A stretch of 62,835 nucleotides of DNA, from positions 1-62,835 of the forward strand of contig JBJTHI010000158.1 in the NCBI GenBank assembly GCA_046094425.1, written 5' to 3'. The DNA is from Burkholderiales bacterium (GTDB lineage: Bacteria > Pseudomonadota > Gammaproteobacteria > Burkholderiales > Burkholderiaceae_C). Both the position numbers and the translations under genes were made by a program. Below, piece by piece: positions 1 to 8,525 of the stretch. How positions within the stretch are numbered: position 1 is the stretch's first letter; every line of letters starts with the position of its first letter. Under the pieces are notes generated by a model. The model did not search any database and was not told the DNA's origin. It saw only the letters and a program-made list of their open reading frames with translations.

Positions 1-137
1 ATCCATGCGAGCAAGGAAGGCTGCTTTGCGGGTGACTTTGCTGTGCGCGTCGAATCCAGCCATCGCCAAGGTGCTTTGTGTGTTCATCGCTCTATAACGC
101 CTTTGCTTCAATATGCGTGGACTTGTTCAGCGTTTCC
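1..137 (-). mobile_element. IS5-family insertion sequence, window-truncated (terminal inverted repeat plus first 29 codons of the transposase)
   Basis: A minus-strand ATG at 87..85 opens MNTQSTLAMAGFDAHSKVTRKAAFLARMD and runs off the window at base 1. The F-x4-K-x-TRK-x2-FL-x-RM(D/E) pattern matches the N-terminus of IS5-group DDE transposases (E. coli InsH has ...[23 protein letters not shown], recalled from memory). The reverse complement of 119..137 is GGAAACGCTGAACAAGTCC, which resembles the IS5 terminal repeat GGAAGGTGCGAACAAGTCC. It is followed by TTAA (138..141), a YTAR-type IS5 target. Confidence 0.6.
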
Positions 138-186
138 TTAAGTTGCAAGGGCCTGAGTCGATAAAGCAGACATGGAAGGAATCCCC

Positions 187-579
187 ATGTCTCGCCGCTT
201 ACTGCCTGCTCTCCTGCTGTCCACCGCTTTTTTGACGGGTTGCGAAATGCTGGGCATTGAGTCACCGGAAAAAGTGGCCGCTGCGCGCGACGCCGAAGGC
301 CGTGCCATTGGGGGGGGCTGCCGCCACGCTGGTCGTGCTATCGAAGACTGTTATGTCATGAACCGCAAAGCCGACAAGGCAGCAGTCTTCGCAGGTTGGC
401 GCGACATGAACGACTACATGCGCGAGAACAACATGGAAGCCGTGGCCCCCGAAGTGGCAGGACAAAGTGCGACCAAAGCGGCAGATGCGTCAGGCGACAA
501 AACCGACAAAGCAGCCGACAAATCCAGCAACAAAAAATCAGCCGACACCGCCGCCAAGGGCAAAGACGGCAAGGGTTGA
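187..579 (+). CDS. small lipoprotein with Lys/Ala/Asp-rich C-terminal tail
   Basis: MSRRLLPALLLSTAFLTG|C is a signal peptide with a lipobox. An alternative upstream start lies at 172. Confidence 0.6.
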   Translation: MSRRLLPALLLSTAFLTGCEMLGIESPEKVAAARDAEGRAIGGGCRHAGRAIEDCYVMNRKADKAAVFAGWRDMNDYMRENNMEAVAPEVAGQSATKAADASGDKTDKAADKSSNKKSADTAAKGKDGKG

Positions 580-638
580 TGCCTGGCCGTTGAGGCACCT
601 GCCCAGCGCAGGTTGGCGGATGCCGCCACAATCGGCTG

Positions 639-1520
639 ATGACCTCATTTCGTAGCAGTTTCACCCACCCCGAATTCATCACCGGCGCCAAAGACATGGC
701 TGCCGTGAGCCTGGGCATTTCCGCCTGGGGCCTGGTCACGGGCGTGGCCATGGTCAAGAGTGGTTTGTCCATTCCCATGGCCTTGGTCATGACCTTTGTG
801 GTGTTCGCGGGCAGCGCCCAACTGGCCGCCTTGCCCTTGATCGCTGCGGGCGCACCCATCTGGGTGATTTGGGCCACCGCTTTGTGCGTGAATTTGCGCT
901 TTGTGATTTTCAGCGCGCAGTGGCGGCCTTACTTCATGCACTTGCCTTTGCCCAAACGATTGGCCCTGGGTTACCTCGCTGGTGACTTGAACTACGTGCT
1001 CTTCATGAAACGGTTTGAAGAGCCGCGCCCCGACCAAGGGCAGATCGAATACTTCCTGGGTGGGGGCGTTTTTAACTGGTGGGCTTGGCAAATTCCCTCG
1101 GTCATTGGCATTTTGCTGGCCGATGTGGTGCCCACCCACTGGGGCCTGGGTTTTGCGGGCGTGTTGGCGCTCTTGGGTTTGGTGTGTGCGTTGTTGTCTG
1201 ACAAAGCCACTTTGGTGGCGGCCGTGGTGGCGGGTTGCGCCGCCATTGCCGCATTCGCGTTGCCGTTCAAGCTGCACATCGTCGTCGCCATTGCTGCTGC
1301 CGTGGCCGTGGGCTTGATGATGGACGGCGGCGACGATGCAGGTCGCAAGCTGCGACAGTGGCTGGCCCCGCGTTCCAACAACAAGTCCAGCAAGGCAGGA
1401 AGTGATGCGCTCAAACAGCAAGAAGGGGCTGCCTCAGGTGTGCCCCCGGACCTGTCGCTTTGCGCCAGGCCCCCCGAGGGGGATGAGAAAACTTGGGAAC
1501 GGCCCGCCGTTTTCTCATGA
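639..1520 (+). CDS. azlC: AzlC-family branched-chain amino acid exporter subunit
   Basis: Polytopic membrane protein with an AzlC-like N-terminus (ITGAKDMAAVSLGISAWGLVTGVAMV...). Its stop overlaps the azlD start as ATGA at 1517..1520. Confidence 0.8.
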   Translation: MTSFRSSFTHPEFITGAKDMAAVSLGISAWGLVTGVAMVKSGLSIPMALVMTFVVFAGSAQLAALPLIAAGAPIWVIWATALCVNLRFVIFSAQWRPYFMHLPLPKRLALGYLAGDLNYVLFMKRFEEPRPDQGQIEYFLGGGVFNWWAWQIPSVIGILLADVVPTHWGLGFAGVLALLGLVCALLSDKATLVAAVVAGCAAIAAFALPFKLHIVVAIAAAVAVGLMMDGGDDAGRKLRQWLAPRSNNKSSKAGSDALKQQEGAASGVPPDLSLCARPPEGDEKTWERPAVFS

Positions 1521-1846
1521 GCGACCTGGAAATCATCATCACCTGCGTAGGACTGGGCATCATTTCTGTGTTGACGCGCGGCTTTTTCTTGGTGTCGCAG
1601 CGAGAGTGGGTATTGCCGACTTGGGTTCAGAAGGGCTTGCGTTACGCGCCACTGGCGGCCTTGGCCGCAGTGGTCGCCCCAGAGGTGTTGCTCACCCAAG
1701 GCCAACTCATCACCACTTGGCAAGACGCCCGGCTTTTTGGTGCGGTGGCCGCCGTTGGCTACTACCTGTGGCGGCGCGGTTTGCTCGGCACCATCCTCGT
1801 TGGCATGGCGGTGTTTTTGCCTTTGCGGGTGATGTGGGGCTGGTAG
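1517..1846 (+). CDS. azlD: AzlD-family branched-chain amino acid transport protein
   Basis: Small ~109-aa hydrophobic protein translationally coupled to azlC. Confidence 0.7.
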   Translation: MSDLEIIITCVGLGIISVLTRGFFLVSQREWVLPTWVQKGLRYAPLAALAAVVAPEVLLTQGQLITTWQDARLFGAVAAVGYYLWRRGLLGTILVGMAVFLPLRVMWGW

Positions 1847-1965
1847 AGCGGCATAGAAATTCGTGTCCAATACCGGTCACCCTATTTGGGAACCGCTTGG
1901 TAACTCCCAAAGCCGTTTCTCCTGCCACTCGTCCCTAGAATCCAACCTCTTATTTCAGACCGCCC

Positions 1966-3159
1966 ATGAACGTTCTCCGATTCCAAGACCTCGTTGCCCA
2001 AGGCCAAATCTCCGCCAAGCGCGTATTCATTCGTGCCGATCTCAATGTGCCGCAAGACGATGCAGGCCGCATCACAGAAGACACTCGCATTCGCGCCTCG
2101 GTGCCTTGCATTGAACTGGCCTTGAAAGCAGGGGCCGCGGTGATGGTGACTTCGCACCTGGGCCGCCCGACCGAAGGCGAATTCAAACCGGAAGATTCCT
2201 TGGCCCCTGTGGCCACGCGCTTGGCCGAGTTGCTGGGCAAACCGGTGCGTTTGATTGCTAATTGGGTTGATGGCGTGACTGTGGCCCCAGGCGAGGTGGT
2301 GCTCTTGGAGAACTGCCGCGTTAACAAAGGCGAGAAGAAAAACGACGAGGCGCTGTCACGCAAGATGGCTGCTTTGTGCGACGTGTATGTGAACGATGCC
2401 TTCGGCACCGCCCACCGTGCCGAAGCTACCACCCACGGCATGGCGCAGTTCGCCAAGGTGGCGTGTGCAGGCCCGCTGCTCGCGGCTGAGATTGACGCCA
2501 TCACCAAGGCGCTCACGGCACCGAAACGGCCCTTGGTGGCCATCGTGGCAGGCAGCAAGGTCAGCACCAAGCTGACCATCTTGAAGGCCTTGTCCACCAA
2601 AGTGGATCAGCTCATCGTCGGCGGCGGCATTGCCAACACCTTCATGTTGGCGGCTGGTTTACCCATAGGCAAATCGCTGGCTGAAGCCGATTTAGTGGGC
2701 GAAGCCAAAGCCGTGATCGACGCCATGAAAGCACGTGGCGCGGCCGTGCCCATTCCCACCGACGTGGTCACCGCCACCCGTTTCGCGGCTGATGCACCCG
2801 CTATGGTCAAAGCCGCGCAAGATGTGGCCCCCGACGATTTGATTTTGGACATTGGCCCGCAAACGGCGAAGCAGCTCGCTGACCAATTGAAGTCCGCCGG
2901 CACCATTGTGTGGAATGGCCCGGTGGGTGTTTTTGAGTTCGATGCTTTTGCGGGCGGCACCGAAACCTTGGCCCGCGCCATTGCCGCCTCCAGCGCTTTC
3001 AGCATTGCAGGTGGCGGCGACACCTTGGCCGCCATTGCCAAGTACGGCATTGAAAAACAAGTGGGCTACATCTCCACTGGCGGCGGCGCTTTCCTTGAAA
3101 TTCTCGAAGGAAAAACGCTGCCTGCTTTTGACATTCTGCAAAAACGCGCGGTGGCCTGA
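1966..3159 (+). CDS. pgk: phosphoglycerate kinase
   Basis: 397 aa, with FIRADLNVP...MVTSHLGRP and other PGK hallmarks along the full length. Confidence 0.97.
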   Translation: MNVLRFQDLVAQGQISAKRVFIRADLNVPQDDAGRITEDTRIRASVPCIELALKAGAAVMVTSHLGRPTEGEFKPEDSLAPVATRLAELLGKPVRLIANWVDGVTVAPGEVVLLENCRVNKGEKKNDEALSRKMAALCDVYVNDAFGTAHRAEATTHGMAQFAKVACAGPLLAAEIDAITKALTAPKRPLVAIVAGSKVSTKLTILKALSTKVDQLIVGGGIANTFMLAAGLPIGKSLAEADLVGEAKAVIDAMKARGAAVPIPTDVVTATRFAADAPAMVKAAQDVAPDDLILDIGPQTAKQLADQLKSAGTIVWNGPVGVFEFDAFAGGTETLARAIAASSAFSIAGGGDTLAAIAKYGIEKQVGYISTGGGAFLEILEGKTLPAFDILQKRAVA

Positions 3160-3204
3160 CCCCGTTTCAGGCACCGCTTCTTCCCCCCAGACGAAAGCCT
3201 CTTC

Positions 3205-4635
3205 ATGCCACGTGCCACCAAAATTGTCGCCACCTTGGGCCCCGCCTCCAGTGACCCCCAGGTGCTGGAGCGCATGATTCGCGCCGGGGTGGATGTGGTG
3301 CGCCTCAACTTCTCCCACGGCAAGGCGCAAGACCACATAGCCCGCGCAAACTTAGTGCGCGAAGTGGCCGCACGGGCGGGCAAAGAAGTGGCCATCATGG
3401 CCGACCTGCAAGGCCCGAAAATCCGCGTGGGCAAATTTGAAGGCGGCAAAACCGAACTGATTCCCGGCCAGAAATTCATTCTGGACGGCGCCACGACCGA
3501 GCTTGGCAACAACGAGCGCGTGGGCCTGGACTACAAAGAACTGCCGCGTGACGTGAAACCCGGCGACACGCTCTTGCTCAACGACGGTTTGCTCAAACTC
3601 ACTGTGGATGCCGTGGTGGGCGAGTTGGTTCACACCTCGGTGGTGGTGGGCGGTGAGTTGTCCAACAACAAAGGCATCAACAAAGCAGGGGGTGGCCTCA
3701 CCGCCCCGGCCCTCACGTCCAAAGACATGGACGACATCAAAACCGCCATGAGTTTTCAGTGCGAATACCTGGCGGTGAGTTTCCCCAAAAACGCCACCGA
3801 CATGGAAATGGCCCGCCAACTCGCCAACGTGGCCGGTGAACCCTGGCGCCACAAGCCCGCCATGATCGCCAAGATTGAGCGCAGCGAAGCTATTCCGGTG
3901 CTGGAGTCCATCATCAAAGCCAGCGACGGCATCATGGTGGCCCGCGGTGACTTGGCCGTGGAAGTGGGCAACGCCGCCGTGCCTGCGCTGCAAAAACGCA
4001 TGATCAAAATGGCCCGCGCGCTGGACCGCGTGGTCATCACCGCCACCCAAATGATGGAGTCCATGATCGTCAACCCCGTGCCCACCCGGGCGGAGGTGAG
4101 TGACGTGGCCAATGCGGTGTTGGATGGTACTGACGCCGTCATGCTCAGTGCCGAAACCGCAGCCGGCAAATACCCGGTGGAAACCGTGGAAATGATGGCC
4201 AGCATTTGCATCGAAGCCGAACGCGCCGAAGACGTGACCCTGGACGCCGACTTCAGCAACAAAACCTTTGGCCGCATCGACCAGTCCATTGCCATGGGTG
4301 CGCTGTTCACCGCCTACCACTTGGGCTGCAAAGCAATTTTGGCCTTGACCGAGTCAGGTTCCACGGCGCTGTGGATGAGCCGCCAAAAAATTCACGTGCC
4401 GATTTATGGCCTGACTTCCCAACTCAAAAGCCAACGCAAGATGGCTCTCTATCGCAATGTGCGGCCCCTCTTGATGCCCAACTGTGAAGAGCGCGACCAA
4501 GCCCTCAAGCAAGCCGAAGCCTTGTTGGTGGCGCGGGGTGTGCTCAAGCCGGGTGATACCTATGCCATCACCTGCGGGGAGCCCATGGGGCATCCCGGGG
4601 GCACGAATATGCTGAAGGTGTGTCAGGTGAGGTGA
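3205..4635 (+). CDS. pyk: pyruvate kinase
   Basis: 476 aa, with TKIVATLGPAS...VRLNFSHG...MVARGDLAVE motifs. Confidence 0.95.
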   Translation: MPRATKIVATLGPASSDPQVLERMIRAGVDVVRLNFSHGKAQDHIARANLVREVAARAGKEVAIMADLQGPKIRVGKFEGGKTELIPGQKFILDGATTELGNNERVGLDYKELPRDVKPGDTLLLNDGLLKLTVDAVVGELVHTSVVVGGELSNNKGINKAGGGLTAPALTSKDMDDIKTAMSFQCEYLAVSFPKNATDMEMARQLANVAGEPWRHKPAMIAKIERSEAIPVLESIIKASDGIMVARGDLAVEVGNAAVPALQKRMIKMARALDRVVITATQMMESMIVNPVPTRAEVSDVANAVLDGTDAVMLSAETAAGKYPVETVEMMASICIEAERAEDVTLDADFSNKTFGRIDQSIAMGALFTAYHLGCKAILALTESGSTALWMSRQKIHVPIYGLTSQLKSQRKMALYRNVRPLLMPNCEERDQALKQAEALLVARGVLKPGDTYAITCGEPMGHPGGTNMLKVCQVR

Positions 4636-4721
4636 GGGGGCGGGCATGTCGGGTGAATGTTCATTTGTTAGACGTGACACCTCACGCTCAGGCACCCCAC
4701 GCTGAACGCTCAAGGCATCGC

Positions 4722-5106
4722 ATGAATCCCGTCGAGCGCGTCATTCAACTAGCGAAGGAGGCCGAGGAAAAACGGAGCGTTTCCTTTGATGCGACTGACG
4801 TGCTGCCATTTTCCACAGCAGCCTTAAAGCAGATTGCCGATCATCCGGAACTGCAAGCTGAGTTTGAGCAAGTCTTCTGCGAGATGCCAGGCTATGCACC
4901 TACCGAATTCGTACAAGTCTGCATGCACGCTCTTCGCTGGGAGAAAGTCAAAAGCAGAATACGAGCGCAGGTGTCGCGCGGCAGTAGAACGCAATGATTG
5001 GCGAACTGAGCCTGTATACAGACACTACCTGGAAGCATTCGAGGACGGCTGGGCGGATGCAAATGACTTTTACGCTTCCTACTTCCGCAGCCCGCGCGAT
5101 ACTTAA
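4722..5106 (+). pseudogene. small hypothetical gene apparently disrupted by a +1 frameshift near 4945..4955
   Basis: Frame A (MNPVERVIQLAKEAEEKRS...HALRWEKVK) and frame B (KAEYERRCRAAVERNDWRTEPVYRHYLEAFEDGWADANDFYASYFRSPRDT) join at the run gtcaaaagcag. The stretch is visibly more AT-rich than its flanks. Confidence 0.35.
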
Positions 5107-5148
5107 CCTCTCCAGCGAGCGGTTCTTGCAAAGTCGATTTGCAAAATA

Positions 5149-5166
5149 GATACAGAAATCTGTATC
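5149..5166 (+). promoter_or_regulatory. putative VapB operator (7-bp inverted repeat GATACAG-aaat-CTGTATC) within the vapBC promoter
   Basis: Perfect inverted repeat 9 nt upstream of the vapB ATG, preceded by a duplicated TTGCAAA (5126..5146) that could supply a -35. Confidence 0.4.
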
Positions 5167-5174
5167 ATGCCGCC

Positions 5175-5420
5175 ATGAAGACCACCCTGGACTTGAACGA
5201 CCAACTCCTTGCTGATGCCAAGGCGCTTGCGGCGCAGCAGCGAACCAGTCTCACCCGTCTGATTGAGGAGGCTTTGCAGCTTCGTTTGCGCGCCAAGGCG
5301 GAGTCTCCCAAGCGCGGTCGCGTTCGATTGCCTGTCTTCAAGGGGCGCGGTGGGCTCGCAACGGGGGTGAACCCACTGAGCAACAAAGCACTACTTCAGG
5401 CCCTTGGCGATGACGCCTGA
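5175..5420 (+). CDS. vapB: type II antitoxin, VapB family (ribbon-helix-helix/DUF2191-like)
   Basis: MKTTLDLNDQLLADAKALAAQQRTSLTRLIEEAL is a typical VapB N-terminus. The gene overlaps the PIN toxin gene. Confidence 0.8.
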   Translation: MKTTLDLNDQLLADAKALAAQQRTSLTRLIEEALQLRLRAKAESPKRGRVRLPVFKGRGGLATGVNPLSNKALLQALGDDA

Positions 5421-5847
5421 CGTGAATGTGCTGGTCGCTGCTTCGCGCGTTGACCATCCACATCATGCGGTGGCCTTGGATTGGCTGGAGGAGGCACTGG
5501 CCACGTCTGGCACCGGCGCAAGTTTCACGCTCTTGCCCATGGTGCTGGCCAGTTTTCTTCGGCTCGTCACCAGCCCGAAGATATTCCAGACCGCAACGCC
5601 GATTGAAGACGCCATTGCGTTTGTCGATGCGCTGTTGGCTTCTCCTCGCGTGCAACTGGCGCAGCTCGGGCCCGAGTGGCCCATCCTTCGCAAGCTGTGC
5701 TTGGACAAGAAGCTCGGGGGAAACGATGTACCGGATGCTTGGTTGTCGGCCGCAGTCACGCAGTTGGGTGAGCACCTGGTGACTTTTGATCGGGATTTCA
5801 GGAAACTGCTCGCTCGCAATCGTTTCACGCTACTCGAACCGGCATAG
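5410..5847 (+). CDS. vapC: type II toxin, VapC family PIN-domain ribonuclease
   Basis: MTPDVNVLVAA...D-x-W...LVTFDRDFRKL places the PIN acidic residues in the expected positions. The gene overlaps vapB by 11 nt. Confidence 0.85.
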   Translation: MTPDVNVLVAASRVDHPHHAVALDWLEEALATSGTGASFTLLPMVLASFLRLVTSPKIFQTATPIEDAIAFVDALLASPRVQLAQLGPEWPILRKLCLDKKLGGNDVPDAWLSAAVTQLGEHLVTFDRDFRKLLARNRFTLLEPA

Positions 5848-5894
5848 ATGCCCAGTGGTGTGGCCGCCGGGGTAGTTGAGGGCGACCAGGCCGC

Positions 5895-6911
5895 CTAAAC
5901 CCGCACACTCTCCACCATATCCGCCACGGCAGCCGTCATGTTGATGGGCACCAAATCCAGTCCCGGTGTTTGGGCGCGCATCACACGAAAGAGTTCGTCG
6001 GCAAAACTGTGGCCGACTTCTTTCACGTCTTTGAAGTCCACCTCGGCACGCTTGAATAAATTTAAACGTGAGGCCACACGGCGTGCTTGAGCGCGTGATT
6101 CCAAGCCCAATTGGCTGGTGGTGAGCAAACGCAGGGGCACCACGGTGCGCTCAAAACCCAGGGTTTGGCCGCTGAGGCTGTACTGGCGCATCACGGCGTC
6201 GAGGGTGAGGGGAGTGTCCAGCGCAAAGGCGGCGTAAATCGAGGTGCCTTGGCGCTTCAGGGCGCGACCGGGTGTCCAGCCGCGTGCGTCCCAGCCCCGG
6301 TGTTGGAAGGCCAGTTCATTGGCATGCAAATCAAATACGTCGGCCAGTTTGGAGGTGAAGAACAGGCCGCGACCGGTGTGCTGCTGTGGCGCAGACGTGA
6401 GTTTGCCTTTGCTCAACTCCAGCATGGCCAAGGCGGGGTCGTCCAGCGAAAAGGCCTCGTGAACTTTGTTGAACAGGCCACGCCCGTCGTCCGACACCAA
6501 AAGCTGCACGTGCGAGGGTGTTTGGCGCAGCGACACCGTCACTTGCGTGCCTTCGCTGTGGTCAATGGCGTTGTTCAGCAGCTCGCTGAAGGCGTGCTGC
6601 GCAATGCGCTGCACATTGGCGGGCAGGTTGAAGTAGGGCGCAAAGTCGCGCGCCCAGGGCACGTCTTCCGACAGTCCGGCAATCGAATAGCGCTGCACCA
6701 CTTGGCGCAACAAACCGGGTTTGTACTGGGCGCGGCGCGACACGCCGTCGCGGAGCAGCCATTGGCCCTGCACCAGTTTTTGCAACACCTTGCTGGCCGT
6801 GCTGCGTGAGCAGTTCAGCCGCTCTGTGATGATGCGTGGCAACTCCTGCGGGTGATCCACTGCAGCAGCGGCAATCCACAGGGTGATGGAATTGAAATCA
6901 ATGCGAGCCAT
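5895..6911 (-). CDS. fused winged-HTH / GHKL (HATPase_c, RsbW-SpoIIAB-like) ATPase / STAS-like (DUF4325-type) protein
   Basis: The N-terminal wHTH is ITERLNCSRSTASKVLQKLVQGQWLLRDG. The GHKL boxes are N box ELLNNAIDHS, G1 DDGRG and G2 HTGRGLFF. The C-terminal part reads AEVDFKDVKEVGHSFADELFRV, as in DUF4325/STAS-like modules. Confidence 0.7.
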   Translation of the reverse strand: MARIDFNSITLWIAAAAVDHPQELPRIITERLNCSRSTASKVLQKLVQGQWLLRDGVSRRAQYKPGLLRQVVQRYSIAGLSEDVPWARDFAPYFNLPANVQRIAQHAFSELLNNAIDHSEGTQVTVSLRQTPSHVQLLVSDDGRGLFNKVHEAFSLDDPALAMLELSKGKLTSAPQQHTGRGLFFTSKLADVFDLHANELAFQHRGWDARGWTPGRALKRQGTSIYAAFALDTPLTLDAVMRQYSLSGQTLGFERTVVPLRLLTTSQLGLESRAQARRVASRLNLFKRAEVDFKDVKEVGHSFADELFRVMRAQTPGLDLVPINMTAAVADMVESVRV

Positions 6912-7052
6912 GACAGCCCCTCTTTTGGAATGTTCGGGCGTTTAGTGTCGGCGCTGGCGCGCCGAACTGAAGCTGGAAAAGAGGGGTGTTTTGGTGCCAA
7001 TTGAACCGAGCCGGATCCTGGATCAATCCACTCGCAAGAGAAAAATCACTCG

Positions 7053-8255
7053 TCAAAAAAAGCCGCCCTGCTTGCCCCCGCATTCGAGCGGCACTTGTTT
7101 GCTGCTCAACTCAAAGCTGTGCTCGCAAGCCCAAGAGATTTTTCCGCCACCCACGTCGCTGGGCGTCAATATCAGCTCTCCGTGCGGCGTTATCACGGTG
7201 AGTGTCATGTTGTCGGTGTCCAGCTCCAGGGTGGAGCCGTCGGGCTGCTCGGGTTTGATGCCCACCTCTTTCAATGAGTCGGGCACGGTTTGGGTTTTGG
7301 CATAGTGCGCGGCCAGTGCATCGCGCGCTGTTTTGGCGTTCTCGTAAGCCAATGCGACTTCAGCGCGCACTTTGTAGTCTTGATAAGCAGGGATGGCCAG
7401 GGCGGCCAAAATGCCAATGATGGCCACCACAATCAGTGGGCCGAATGAGCCACTGAGCCGGCCCACATTGGGCACAAAAGCGGCAAACAAAAACGCCCAT
7501 TTGCTTCGCGCAGGCATGACAACGTCTGGGTTGAGCACACGCTGCACCCGTTTGCTTGTCCACGGGTAACCGCTGGTGAGCTCGTGGTAGGACATCCAGA
7601 ACCCGCTGCTGCTTTTGACTTGCTCGCCAAAGGCGTGGAGGTTGATGGTGCGCCAGCGCTTCTCACCCGCCGCAATGGCCGACAGCGCGTGTGCCGCATG
7701 CTGAGGCGAGGTGCTGCATGCAGCACCATGCCGATCGCAAGTGGACTCCTGCGCACGCTCATAAGCCGCGCCAAGCAAGGGAATCCACAGGGCAGGCCAA
7801 CGCCAAAACCCACCCATGAAGTGTTTCATGCGGATGTGGCCCAACTCGTGGCCAATGTAAAAGTTCACGCCGTCGGGGTGGTCTTCCAAGGCATCGACCA
7901 CATTGGAGAGCAAGAGCACATAGTGGCGGCCCAAAAAGCGGGTGGCGAAGGCGTTGAACATGCCGTCGCCCATGAGCACATAGGCTTCGGGTTTTTCAGA
8001 CATGCCGAGCCTGTCGCAGCAGGCTTCAAAACGCTGGTACAGGTCGGGGAACTGGGCGGCACTCAAGGCCACGCCATTGCCCTTGACGTAAGCGATCAAG
8101 GCCGACTGGGCAAACAGATAAATGACAAAAACGAAGAGTAAATAAATCAGCGTGAGGCCGAAGGTGCCCAACACCAGCAGGGCCCAAAACAGCAGCCCCA
8201 GTACGAGAGTGATTCTGCCGAGCGAGCGCTCGCGGGGGTAAACCAATGCGTCCAT
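7053..8255 (-). CDS. M48-family zinc metallopeptidase fused to a C-terminal type IV pilin-like domain
   Basis: Two N-terminal TM helices are followed by HELGH at codons 136-140. From about codon 271 the sequence reads GPLIVVAIIGILAALAIPAYQDYKVRAEVA..., a pilin alpha1 helix without the G|F(T/S)LIE prepilin cleavage motif. It ends with W-x-C...P-x-x-C (Cys377/Cys392), a pilin-like disulfide loop. Confidence 0.75.
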   Translation of the reverse strand: MDALVYPRERSLGRITLVLGLLFWALLVLGTFGLTLIYLLFVFVIYLFAQSALIAYVKGNGVALSAAQFPDLYQRFEACCDRLGMSEKPEAYVLMGDGMFNAFATRFLGRHYVLLLSNVVDALEDHPDGVNFYIGHELGHIRMKHFMGGFWRWPALWIPLLGAAYERAQESTCDRHGAACSTSPQHAAHALSAIAAGEKRWRTINLHAFGEQVKSSSGFWMSYHELTSGYPWTSKRVQRVLNPDVVMPARSKWAFLFAAFVPNVGRLSGSFGPLIVVAIIGILAALAIPAYQDYKVRAEVALAYENAKTARDALAAHYAKTQTVPDSLKEVGIKPEQPDGSTLELDTDNMTLTVITPHGELILTPSDVGGGKISWACEHSFELSSKQVPLECGGKQGGFF

Positions 8256-8525
8256 ACATCCTCCTTGTGGTGAGCCGGCGCGGCCACTTTCTGTGTTTTC
8301 TGTGGGGCGGCATGATACGTGCGGCGCGTGCCAACTTGCGTCACCTTGTGCACCACCCCCGAGAACCGGGGGTGGCGTGGCAGTGCAATCGTTAATGCGC
8401 GGTTACCAAGCGCCACTCAAGCCCGCCCCGCCGCTAAAATTGCCGCAGTTACGGCCTTGGTACGGCCGCGCGGCCACCCAGGTTGCGCCCACCCCCTTTA
8501 TTAACTTCCACCCACAGGTGTTCCT

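Noticed and set aside
8353-8375. 9-bp-stem hairpin (CCACCCCCG-agaac-CGGGGGTGG) in the M48-gene/fba divergent region as an islet boundary or attachment site
   Set aside because: No matching repeat exists at the pyk-proximal side of the islet and there is no U-tract. The evidence is insufficient to call it a terminator or an att site.
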